The notes under the pieces are model-generated. The model saw only the letters and a program-made list of their open reading frames with translations, did not search any database and was not told where the DNA came from. Source: a virus (lineage: Duplodnaviria > Caudoviricetes). From it: 24,915 bases of DNA. The translations under genes and the position numbers were made by a program. Location of the stretch: the IMG/VR virus record IMGVR_UViG_3300009507_000116, positions 1 through 24,915 of that record. One strand, written 5' to 3'. Shown here piece after piece: positions 9,075 through 17,737 of the stretch (position 1 is its first letter; each line of letters opens with the position of its first letter).

Positions 9075-12000
9075 TTATTCTCCTACTAGTAAGTTAGAGC
9101 CTGAAGAAACAGCTACTGTAGGCTGAATCCTGTTTAGGCTTGCGTCTACATGTTTGCTAATTAAACCATCGTACTCTATAGTTGCCGCTGTATTTATAAC
9201 ACTTAAAGTTTTTGTATGCTCGTTAAAAGTTATAAAGTTTTTATCTGCTACGTTTGAAGGCGGCTTTAAATAGGTAATTCCAGTACTAGGTCCAAACATA
9301 GGCTTTTCTAAATCATAGCTTTTTTCAACCATAGCAGGTGTTAAACTATCAGCAAATGTTGCTAAAGGAACATAGTGTTTAACTAGACTTAGTACAAACT
9401 TATGACTAGTAATAATTTTTATGGTACTATCACTAGAAACGGGGGAAACATCATAAAATGTAGAAGCCGTTATATCAGCTGATGAGTCTACCTCGACTCC
9501 GTTAATAAACAGCTGAGTAAACCCAGTTCGACCTAAAGGCTTTAATAAAGTTACGTTTGTCCATTCTGTTAAGTCTGGTGCGTTATCACCTGTAGGAGTA
9601 TCTAATGTAGCTGAACTGTAAGTAGTTCCAGAATCTTTGCGGTATAAAGCAGGTAAGCTATTTGAGTCTAGAGCAATTTTAATTTGTTTTCCATCGTCTT
9701 GACCTATAGTTATTATATCTTCATCAGCTGCGGCAGTATACGAGTTTGCAAATTTAATCCAAAAAGACAGATAAAAACCTTTATTGGCTACTGTTGAATA
9801 GCCGGCACCATGGTCAATGTCTATAATATTCTGGTCTTCTCCGGCATCGGTAATTTCTTCAGGCAGCCCGTAAGCGCCTAGTAGAGATGGACCGTCTGGG
9901 TCAACATTAAAGCGTGTTAAAGGCACTGAAGTGTCGCCACCACCCACCTGCTCTGTAGATACTAAAGCAGTTAGGTTAAGTAGCGGTAAGTTAGGGAGGA
10001 AAGGCATAATGATGTCTTTGTCCTGATAGCTTTTTGGGCCATCAGTTGCTGTACTTATCGCTGTAGTAGTTGTATTTGCCTGTATTTCAGACAGGGCTGT
10101 AAAACCTGTTGACTTATTTGGAACTATTCCCGATACTTTAGTTTCTGTAATTTTTGAAAATAACAATCCGGGAGAGGTGCTGTTTATATCAAATCGGTCT
10201 AAAGACCTTAAAGGAATAAGCTGCGTTAGACTATCAGAATCAGAACCATAGCTTGTTATGTATGCAAGACCATTTTCAGACATTTGTTCAATTTCTTCAA
10301 CAGTTCCATATTGTCTGAATAAAGTAGAATCACCATCTACTGTTTCTGAAATTTTAATCAGAGCGTTTGTAACTACTGGGTTAGAATTAGTGACCCCCGT
10401 AAAAGAGACATCATAATCATCGACTAATTCTGTAATTCCAGTAGCTGAACTAACAAATACAGAATTTCTTTCTTTATTATTTGTTCCATGTAATCCAGTA
10501 CCATCAAGAGATACATAAGTACTAAACTCATCCTTGTTTATATAAGATACAAGGGCGCTTGTCTGCCCAACTAAGTTTACTCTGACTTTAGGGCGTTTTG
10601 AATTTAATTCTTTTCCGTCTAATATTGGAAAGGATAAGAACGCAGTTCGAATAGCAGTCATTGTGTGATAGCCTGATTTAACTTTATATCTTACAGCGTC
10701 TGGCCTCTGTATGGTTGCTAAGTTTTTAGAAGCATAATACTGTAAAGTTCCTGAGCTTAAATACTTTATCGCATTGTTTTCTATTAAGTCTAAAAGTACG
10801 ACAACTCCCGGTGAGCCTTGAGCGACCATATAAACTAAAACATACCCGTTTTGAGCTACAATTTTAGAAATATTAGTGCTTGCTATTCCGTCTAAAGAAA
10901 TAGTTGTAGTAACAAAAGGGTCTTCTCTAAAAGAAGGGTCTATAATTCTTAACACATTTGAATCTGCTTCAAGAATCATAGTTTTTGGAAGAGTTCTGTT
11001 AAGTGACTGAAAGCTTTCGTTTTCGAGGTTTAATCGCCATTGACCGCCATCAAAATCTTTTGTAGTGTCATAAACAAATACGGCATCAGAAGTGCCTATA
11101 GAAGGCGTAGGGCTTGAAGTTGTAGTTAATGGAAGTCCAGTACGCTCAGGATAATGAGGCTTACTAAAGAAAGTTAAAGCGTTGGTATTACTAGTAGTTG
11201 CATTAACTGTTAGTACATCATTGTGAGGTAATCCTGAAACACCTAGATTTACATTCTGTAGTGAAATTGTTTTATCGCATCTTAAAGTAAGGTCTGTGTT
11301 AGGAGTAGTAGCACCTAACTGATAGCCAGTAATTGTAACTACGTCAGTTCCTGAAGAATCAAAAGTTAGCTTAGAAGTACTTCCAGTTATATTAACAATT
11401 CCACCAGTGTTTAAAACAACTCCGGTATCCAAATCCAAAGCTGAGGAGCTTAAGGACATTAGCTTAGTGTCAGTTCCATTTTTTATATTATAAAAATCTA
11501 GCTGACCATAAGTAGCAGAAGGTGTTACGTCTGCAGCAGTAGCTCTAATAGAAGCATATTTTATTGAAGTATTGCCACTATCTTCACCACGAAACTCTAC
11601 TTGTCCTAAATGGTCTCCATCTTCAGCAGTACCCGAAGCGTTTCTGGATAGTCGCAATAGCGGTCCGGGAAGATTTGCAGCAGTGTCAGCAGTGCTTTTT
11701 AGTTCAAAAGCAGGAACGGATACATTGCCTTGAGATATAGATATGTTTCCAGTTCCTGTGATGTTATTAGTGTTAAGGTCTAAAGTACCGCCTAACTGTG
11801 GGCTAGTGTCTTCAACAAGATTTTGCAAAGCTGAGTCTGCTGTAGTACCTTGTGCGGATGTGGCATAATCACTAGAATCAAAAGCCTTAACCTGTGCTAG
11901 GTTAGTTACCTCTGAATCCATTAAAGCGCCTGCGTCAGTTACGTTGGTTGTGTCCGTTACATCTGCATTTGCTTCTATTAGGTCTAGTTTATCACCGTCA

Positions 12001-13226
12001 ACAGATAAATCACGGCCATCTACAGTTTCTGTTCCAGAGAACGTAATGTTACCTGTCATCTGCCCGCCTGCTTTAGGTAGGGCATTATCTGCTGCTGTGC
12101 CTTGTGTGGATGTAGCATACTCAGAGGAATTAAAAGCCTTAACTTGGTCTAGGTTAGTGACTTCTGAATCCATTAATGCACCTGCGGCTTCTACATTAAC
12201 TGAGTCCGTTACGTCTGCACTTGCTTCTATTAGGTCTAACTTAGCACCATCAACAGATAAATCACGACCATCTACAGTCTCTGTACTAGAAAACGTAATA
12301 TTGCCCGTCATTTGCCCGCCTGCTTTAGGTAGAGCGTTGTCTGCTGTTGTACCTTGTGTGGATGTAGCGTAAACGCTAGAATCAAAAGTCTTAACCTGTG
12401 CTAGGTTAGTTACCTCTGAATCCATTAATGCACCTGCGGCTTCTACATTAACTGAGTCCGTTACATCTGCATTTGCTTCTATTAGGTCTAGTTTATCACC
12501 GTCAGTAGCTAAATCACGACTGTCCACTGTGCCGCTTACTGCAATGTTTCCATTAACATCTAAAGCCTCTGCAGGCGCTGCAACATTAACACCTACTCTA
12601 TTATTTGTGTCGTCTACTACCAGAACATCAGTATCTACTGTAAACGCTCCCGAAACATCAACGCCTGTAGTTGAGGTCGCAAGTCTTTCAGTACCGTCAG
12701 TTTTAAGTTTAATGCCGGCTTTGCCGTCTACATCTATTACGCTGCTTGCTGTAGTAGATTGAATTACAGCGGTATCATTAGCATTATAATGTATATTAAA
12801 ATCAGTTCCTGCCCCCAGATTAATTCTATTTGTCGTCCCGTCTGAGTCAGGCATAGTAATAGAGTTAATATATGCAGCATCAAAAGGCTGAGATGAAGCA
12901 CCTAAGTCTATACTTGCAACGCTAGGAGAAAGCGCAGACGCAGTTAAGTTTAAAGTTTCAGTAGGCGTTGTTCCACCTACTTCAATAAAAAGTTTAATAG
13001 CATTAGTAGTTCCGTCAATTTCAATTTTATTATTGAAATCCGCATCCCCAATTTTAGAGATAGCTCCACCTTGATGGGCACTTCCATCGTGTGTGTGGCC
13101 CGTTGTAGTAGGGTCTGTAGTGTATGCAAAAGCATTTTGTAATGCTCCAAAATCTTCATTAAATAATGAAGCTGTAATGACGTTCCCGTCTACATACGTA
13201 CTTTGCTTATTATATCCTGTAGCCAT
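9075..13226 (-). CDS. Tail fibre / receptor-binding protein, 1383 aa
   Basis: N-terminal anchor-type segment (GNVITASLFNEDF...GHTHDG..GGAI), internal tandem repeats, LPKAGGQMTGNI fibre motifs, and a C-terminal LamG/ConA-like pattern (FYLSFWIK...WTNVTL...LFINGVEV). Follows the nozzle gene; AGGAG RBS. Confidence 0.85.
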   Translation of the reverse strand: MATGYNKQSTYVDGNVITASLFNEDFGALQNAFAYTTDPTTTGHTHDGSAHQGGAISKIGDADFNNKIEIDGTTNAIKLFIEVGGTTPTETLNLTASALSPSVASIDLGASSQPFDAAYINSITMPDSDGTTNRINLGAGTDFNIHYNANDTAVIQSTTASSVIDVDGKAGIKLKTDGTERLATSTTGVDVSGAFTVDTDVLVVDDTNNRVGVNVAAPAEALDVNGNIAVSGTVDSRDLATDGDKLDLIEANADVTDSVNVEAAGALMDSEVTNLAQVKTFDSSVYATSTQGTTADNALPKAGGQMTGNITFSSTETVDGRDLSVDGAKLDLIEASADVTDSVNVEAAGALMDSEVTNLDQVKAFNSSEYATSTQGTAADNALPKAGGQMTGNITFSGTETVDGRDLSVDGDKLDLIEANADVTDTTNVTDAGALMDSEVTNLAQVKAFDSSDYATSAQGTTADSALQNLVEDTSPQLGGTLDLNTNNITGTGNISISQGNVSVPAFELKSTADTAANLPGPLLRLSRNASGTAEDGDHLGQVEFRGEDSGNTSIKYASIRATAADVTPSATYGQLDFYNIKNGTDTKLMSLSSSALDLDTGVVLNTGGIVNITGSTSKLTFDSSGTDVVTITGYQLGATTPNTDLTLRCDKTISLQNVNLGVSGLPHNDVLTVNATTSNTNALTFFSKPHYPERTGLPLTTTSSPTPSIGTSDAVFVYDTTKDFDGGQWRLNLENESFQSLNRTLPKTMILEADSNVLRIIDPSFREDPFVTTTISLDGIASTNISKIVAQNGYVLVYMVAQGSPGVVVLLDLIENNAIKYLSSGTLQYYASKNLATIQRPDAVRYKVKSGYHTMTAIRTAFLSFPILDGKELNSKRPKVRVNLVGQTSALVSYINKDEFSTYVSLDGTGLHGTNNKERNSVFVSSATGITELVDDYDVSFTGVTNSNPVVTNALIKISETVDGDSTLFRQYGTVEEIEQMSENGLAYITSYGSDSDSLTQLIPLRSLDRFDINSTSPGLLFSKITETKVSGIVPNKSTGFTALSEIQANTTTTAISTATDGPKSYQDKDIIMPFLPNLPLLNLTALVSTEQVGGGDTSVPLTRFNVDPDGPSLLGAYGLPEEITDAGEDQNIIDIDHGAGYSTVANKGFYLSFWIKFANSYTAAADEDIITIGQDDGKQIKIALDSNSLPALYRKDSGTTYSSATLDTPTGDNAPDLTEWTNVTLLKPLGRTGFTQLFINGVEVDSSADITASTFYDVSPVSSDSTIKIITSHKFVLSLVKHYVPLATFADSLTPAMVEKSYDLEKPMFGPSTGITYLKPPSNVADKNFITFNEHTKTLSVINTAATIEYDGLISKHVDASLNRIQPTVAVSSGSNLLVGE
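11830..12530 (-). repeat. In-frame tandem repeat, 252-nt (84-aa) period, ~2.8 copies, within the tail fibre
   Basis: GCTTCTATTAGGTCTA recurs at 11971, 12223 and 12475. Peptide unit RDL..DG.KLDLIEA.ADVTD..NV..AGALMDSEVTNL.QVK.F.SS.YATS.QGT.AD.AL. Confidence 0.95.
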
Positions 13227-13229
13227 TTA

Positions 13230-14888
13230 CTATCTCCTGCTTGAAGGGGCGTAATTTATGTATAAACCGTTAATTGTATAAGGTGTATCTTGGTTTTCTG
13301 TAAATATTTGAAAGCTTGCTGTATATCCGCTTCCGTTTAAAAATGTTTTCATTATAGCGTTTGCGCCTGTACCAAACAAGCTTATGTTAAACTTTGCTGT
13401 CCCAAACAAACCACCTTTTGATGTAGTAGGGAACTCATAAATTTGAGGTTGCGGTGTATTAATGTCATTTGAATTAAAAGTAACTTTCATTTTAACTGTA
13501 GCAGAAGCTTCTGGAGTTAACGAAAGTCTAAGATATTCTAAAGTCTTTCGAGTTCCTAAGTCTCCAAAATCAAAATTAGGCGTTTCATAAATAGCATTAA
13601 TATTAGAAGCCGTTAAAACTGGTGGAGTTGCATCGTTTAGCTGATGAAAAAATGCTCCTTGGTCGTGATGATAAATAAAACCTTTATCATCGCCATGATA
13701 TTTTCTTTCAATACCAGTGTTATCAAAATCAGAAGTAAGTGCGTAAGCTTTTATTCCTGCTGTTTGAGACCACTCAAATCCATTAGGTGTTAAAGTTCCA
13801 ATGATTCCTCTAGAGTCTAGTGTGGTTTCTGAGTCTTTAGAGTAAAATAATCTGTACTGAGACTTGCTTCTAATTACACAACTACTTACATTATGCAAAT
13901 CAATTTCAGAAGCTAGGATAGAAACAAGTGCTTGGATTTGGCGACTCACAGAGCTTAGCTCAACGTCACCAATTCGTGCTGTACCTGCAATAGTACGAAT
14001 ACCATCTGGAGCTAAGAAAAGCAAATCACCGCCAATCTCTTGGATGCTCCCCTCGCTTAGGCAGCCTACGTTTTTAGTAATAGGTAAGACTGATATAGCG
14101 GCAGCATCTAAAATGTTTACAAGTTTAAAAATACTGTTTTTACAAAAAAGAATAACATCATCACGGAAACTTTTAATTCCTACGATTTCATCATCTGTAA
14201 CAAACTCTACTCCAGTAGCTCCTGTGAAATTAGTAACATCGTTAGAATTAGAAATATATACAGTATTTTTAGCGGCACTACCACCACCAACGATTAAAGA
14301 GCCACCATGTACAGTTCCTACTGCAGGCGCTACAGTATTGCTTACAGTTATTTCTTTTACACTAATACTTCTATTATCATAACTTCCAGAACCTGTAATT
14401 GTAATAAGCAACGGCTTATTTACTCCATCACAAATAACAACTCTTCCGTTTTCTACGTTATCACTAAAAACTGAAAAGTTTCCTTTTCCTTGGCTTGTGT
14501 AAGCTGTTAGGGGTTGTGTATGTTGCGGTGTTGCAGCATCATACGCTGTAAATGTAAGGGCGTGGGCTGCATCAGTAGTTTTATTTATTTCTAAATATTG
14601 AACCGCATCATTTAATACATACGAAAAATAAACTTTATTTCCTGCGGTAATAATCACACCATCGGCATATACCTGTAAACCGTTTATTTTTACATCTACT
14701 GGAGTTGTGTCATCTCGAACATCCCCATAATTAACATAACCGTTAATTCTTCGGTATCCACCATCAGGGTCTACTTCATAGTTTTTAAGAACTACAGCAG
14801 ACCCCGGAGCAGCAAGGATTTCAAACTCATTTAAGTTTGTATTCAAACCACCCTTACATGAAATACCAAAAGGTTGTGTATTAGGCAT
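13230..14888 (-). CDS. Tail nozzle / tubular protein B / stabilisation protein, 552 aa
   Basis: N-terminal GGLNT and N..VD.DGGY.R motifs, central NVGC...SIQEIGGDLLFLAPDG motif, beta-rich. Lies between adaptor and fibre. Confidence 0.75.
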   Translation of the reverse strand: MPNTQPFGISCKGGLNTNLNEFEILAAPGSAVVLKNYEVDPDGGYRRINGYVNYGDVRDDTTPVDVKINGLQVYADGVIITAGNKVYFSYVLNDAVQYLEINKTTDAAHALTFTAYDAATPQHTQPLTAYTSQGKGNFSVFSDNVENGRVVICDGVNKPLLITITGSGSYDNRSISVKEITVSNTVAPAVGTVHGGSLIVGGGSAAKNTVYISNSNDVTNFTGATGVEFVTDDEIVGIKSFRDDVILFCKNSIFKLVNILDAAAISVLPITKNVGCLSEGSIQEIGGDLLFLAPDGIRTIAGTARIGDVELSSVSRQIQALVSILASEIDLHNVSSCVIRSKSQYRLFYSKDSETTLDSRGIIGTLTPNGFEWSQTAGIKAYALTSDFDNTGIERKYHGDDKGFIYHHDQGAFFHQLNDATPPVLTASNINAIYETPNFDFGDLGTRKTLEYLRLSLTPEASATVKMKVTFNSNDINTPQPQIYEFPTTSKGGLFGTAKFNISLFGTGANAIMKTFLNGSGYTASFQIFTENQDTPYTINGLYINYAPSSRR

Positions 14889-15658
14889 TAAATAAATCTC
14901 ACTCTATCATCTTTAAAATACATAGGTGCAGGCTCTATTAAATTTGAGCGCATACTTTTTAGACCTCTTTTATAATCGTCTAGTGCGAATGCTGCAGCCT
15001 GTGCGCTGTCTTTAAATTGCCATACATAATATCTAGCTCGTGCTGAAAGTACAGAAGCGTACATGTCAGGAAATACTAACATATCTCCGTGACTTGATAG
15101 CTCTGTAGGTTGGTTGTATGCAAAAAACCAAACCTTATATTCTTTGTCTGGGATTGGGCTAAGTCCAAACTTACGTGAATCTGGACTTCTAATAACACGT
15201 ACAGGCTGACCATAGGTCTGCGTATCCGCATCATCTAAATTTTCTGAGACTCTTACAAAGTCTTTCCACTCTTCGGTGGTCGTATATCGTAGGTTATTTC
15301 CTACGTAAGGTGCTGTTTCACCTGTTACGCCTACAGTAGTCATGTAGAAGTTATCCCAGTCTACTGAACCGTAGTCGTCTCTAATGCTCGTGCTGTCGGC
15401 TTTTAAGGTGTACCAACGCTGACCTTCTGTGGTTGATACTGCTACGTTTCCATACATGGGGTCAACATCACCACTTGCAGCTACGGATAAAAAAGGCCAC
15501 TGGGGTTCTTGGTTGATTATATCCATATAGGCACGATTAATAGAATTTTTAACATGTACTTGAATACCACGAGCAGTGTCAAAATCAACAGTAGTCAGCG
15601 GGACTTCATTAAGTTCTCGAAGTATTTCATTTGTTAATTCTAAGTACGTTGTAGCCAT
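14888..15658 (-). CDS. Head-tail adaptor / tail tubular protein A, 256 aa
   Basis: Typical start MATTYLELTNEILRELNE, then INRAY.DI...WPF. Immediately downstream of the capsid gene. Confidence 0.75.
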   Translation of the reverse strand: MATTYLELTNEILRELNEVPLTTVDFDTARGIQVHVKNSINRAYMDIINQEPQWPFLSVAASGDVDPMYGNVAVSTTEGQRWYTLKADSTSIRDDYGSVDWDNFYMTTVGVTGETAPYVGNNLRYTTTEEWKDFVRVSENLDDADTQTYGQPVRVIRSPDSRKFGLSPIPDKEYKVWFFAYNQPTELSSHGDMLVFPDMYASVLSARARYYVWQFKDSAQAAAFALDDYKRGLKSMRSNLIEPAPMYFKDDRVRFI

Positions 15659-15687
15659 AATTCTTTATCCTGTTATTGGATTGTTTG

Positions 15688-15716
15688 TAAAAGATTGGGG
15701 GCTAATTAAAGCCCCC
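15688..15716 (-). terminator. Probable intrinsic terminator after the major capsid gene
   Basis: Minus strand GGGGGCT-TTAATT-AGCCCCC (7-bp stem, 15697-15716) followed by AATCTTTT, 17 nt after the capsid stop. The imperfect U-tract suggests partial read-through. Confidence 0.7.
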
Positions 15717-15733
15717 GCACTATTTAGACTAAA

Positions 15734-16717
15734 TTAGTCAATTAGGTAGTAAGCTGTTACAAGAGCTTCAGGTCGTAGAACCTTAGCACCATAAACATGC
15801 AAACCACGACAGATGTCACCAAAGCTATCTGGGTCACGAATAACCTCAGTGCTAGTGATAGTCTGTGCTGTAGCACATGCTGACATGTGACCTGCTACGA
15901 TAACGCCAGTAGCGTTAGTTTGTTCAGGCATGTTGTTAGAACGATACATGCTGAAACCACGTAGCTTGCCAGAAGTTACAAGACCGTTACGGATTGAACC
16001 TTGACCGGCATTGAAGTCTACGTTAAGTAGCTTAGAGCTAGACTGAGACAGCTGCTCGTAGAATGCAGGACCTGCTACTACATAACGACCTTCTTCAGGT
16101 ACGTTTTGTTCGTCAAGTAAACGAGCCATGCGAGCTAGTACGTCTAGTGGGTCTGTTTCACCAGTACCGCCTAAATCAATAGCACCTGCGCCATCATAAA
16201 TGCCTGCGCCTAGTGCTGTACCACTGTCTGCACCTAGAACGTGGTTTGGAGCTGCTGCAGAAGCACCGGCAACTAAACTTGCAAGTACACCTGCGTCAAA
16301 CGCATCTTTCAAAGCGTATGCAGCAGAAGATGCTGCTACTTCTTTGAAGTTTACGTGAGACATTTTGCTTTCGATATCATCTACGATGAATTTGAAAGCG
16401 TTAGCAGTGTCAACAACCAATGTAGTTTCATCATCGGTTAGTTTAGTAGCTGCTACGTCTGCGCCACGCTCGTACTGATGTACAGTGATTGTAGGCTCTT
16501 TGATGATTTTTACTGAGTCACCGAAAGAACTAATTTCACCTGTATAGTCAGTGTTAGTTACTGCTTCAATTACCGAAGACTTACGGAAGAAGTTAAGAAC
16601 TTTCTTCGAGTAAATCGCAGGTAAAAAGTTAGAGCTTGCGCCAAAGTTGTTGCCGTATACAAGCGGGTCGCCTGTGCCAGTTTGTGCGAAGCCTTGGTCT
16701 GAAATGTTGTTAGCCAT
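15734..16717 (-). CDS. Major capsid protein (HK97 fold, podoviral type), 327 aa
   Basis: NFLPAIYSKKVL, DYTGEISSFGDSVKI, LDEQNVPEEGRYVV, GKLRGF.MYRSNN and R...SFGD..RGLHVYGAKVLRPEAL motifs. AGGAG RBS; lies after scaffold and before a terminator. Confidence 0.92.
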   Translation of the reverse strand: MANNISDQGFAQTGTGDPLVYGNNFGASSNFLPAIYSKKVLNFFRKSSVIEAVTNTDYTGEISSFGDSVKIIKEPTITVHQYERGADVAATKLTDDETTLVVDTANAFKFIVDDIESKMSHVNFKEVAASSAAYALKDAFDAGVLASLVAGASAAAPNHVLGADSGTALGAGIYDGAGAIDLGGTGETDPLDVLARMARLLDEQNVPEEGRYVVAGPAFYEQLSQSSSKLLNVDFNAGQGSIRNGLVTSGKLRGFSMYRSNNMPEQTNATGVIVAGHMSACATAQTITSTEVIRDPDSFGDICRGLHVYGAKVLRPEALVTAYYLID

Positions 16718-16754
16718 GATATGTTTCTCCTAAAAAATAGACAATAAAAAAAGT

Positions 16755-17603
16755 TTATTGCACTACTCTGCCTTCCATTAAAGCTTGGTCAATTTCTTGT
16801 TCAAACTTTTCATATTGTTGCATAGACAAAGCGGCAATTTCCCGTTGTGTCCAGATTTTCGGCTCATTGGTATCTACAGTTTTGGTTTTGGTAGATACTA
16901 AATCTGCTGCCGAACCTGAACTAGATTGCGACTGAGCCCTTTTAGTTTTAGTCGGTGTAGCAATACCGGCTTCCATTTTATAAAGGTCGATAGCTTTAAC
17001 TGCAAGAGATACGTTATCAGGGTTATTATAAATCCAATCTTGTATTTGCTCAGGCTGAGCTTCTGCCCAAACATGAAACTCTTCACTTTCTCTAAGCTCA
17101 AGGAAGTCAGGATGTGAGGTACGAAGCGTTTCTTCGGCTTCTCTGCGTACAATCTGAGCTTCACGTTGTTCTAATACTGAAAGTTTTTCACGGAGTTCAT
17201 TTGTCTGGTTAGTAGTTACTGCCTCTACTGCATCATACAAATCTGGATTTTCTTCTTTAAAACTTTCGAGCTGTTCTTCGTAAGCTGACTCTTGTTCGAC
17301 CTGTTGGGTCATTCGAGCTTCGGCTTCGAGTTCTTGCTCTTTCTGTTTAAATTCGTTAACCTTGGTATCGTAATGTTTCTTTAGGTCATCGTATCTTTTT
17401 TTATAATTGGAATCTTGAGAATCGGATTCAGGGGCCGCTTTGCGGGTAGCCTTCTTCTTCTTGGGTTGCTCTGGTTCATGATAAAGTCCTTGAGCACTAG
17501 CGAAAGGTGCGTCTTCTTGTCCTTCGTGCCAGTCCTTTCGGGCATTATATGGGTTAGCAGCCTCTTCTTCTCGTTCTACGTTTTCTTCTACTAAATTGGT
17601 CAT
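16755..17603 (-). CDS. Capsid scaffolding protein, 282 aa (start revised from 17648)
   Basis: Acidic coiled-coil protein with YKKRYDDLKKHY, HPDF.EL.ESEEF..W and a C-terminal EIDQALMEGRV. AGGAG sits 6 nt before the ATG at 17603. Directly upstream of the capsid gene. Confidence 0.8.
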   Translation of the reverse strand: MTNLVEENVEREEEAANPYNARKDWHEGQEDAPFASAQGLYHEPEQPKKKKATRKAAPESDSQDSNYKKRYDDLKKHYDTKVNEFKQKEQELEAEARMTQQVEQESAYEEQLESFKEENPDLYDAVEAVTTNQTNELREKLSVLEQREAQIVRREAEETLRTSHPDFLELRESEEFHVWAEAQPEQIQDWIYNNPDNVSLAVKAIDLYKMEAGIATPTKTKRAQSQSSSGSAADLVSTKTKTVDTNEPKIWTQREIAALSMQQYEKFEQEIDQALMEGRVVQ

Positions 17604-17613
17604 GTCACACTCC

Positions 17614-17737
17614 TTTTGGGGCTTGATAGTCTCTTTCAAGGTAGCCAAAATACTAGCTAAGTATTTTAGGGCTTGATACTACAAGGTGGCCTCTAGGTTA
17701 AAATAATATAATAAGGGGTTCTTTCGAAGTAGCCTTA
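17614..17737 (-). promoter_or_regulatory. Three tandem RNA hairpins with a shared GG-CYAC / CC-C internal loop upstream of the scaffold RBS
   Basis: Minus strand: TAAGG CTAC TTC GAAA GAA CC CCTTA; AGG CCAC CTTG tagtat CAAG CC CT; TTTTGG CTAC CTTGA aagagacta TCAAG CC CCAAAA. The last one abuts AGGAG. Confidence 0.6.

Noticed and set aside
11830-12530. Diversity-generating retroelement TR/VR pair
   Set aside because: The repeats are tandem, in-frame and mid-gene, differences are not adenine-specific, and no reverse transcriptase is present in the window.
15700-15760. Programmed frameshift extending the capsid protein (T7 10B-like)
   Set aside because: No obvious slippery heptamer before the stop, and only a 75-nt gap containing a terminator before the adaptor gene.
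17604-17648. 15-aa N-terminal extension of the scaffold
   Set aside because: TTG start inside hairpin H3 with no SD. AGGAG points to ATG 17603.
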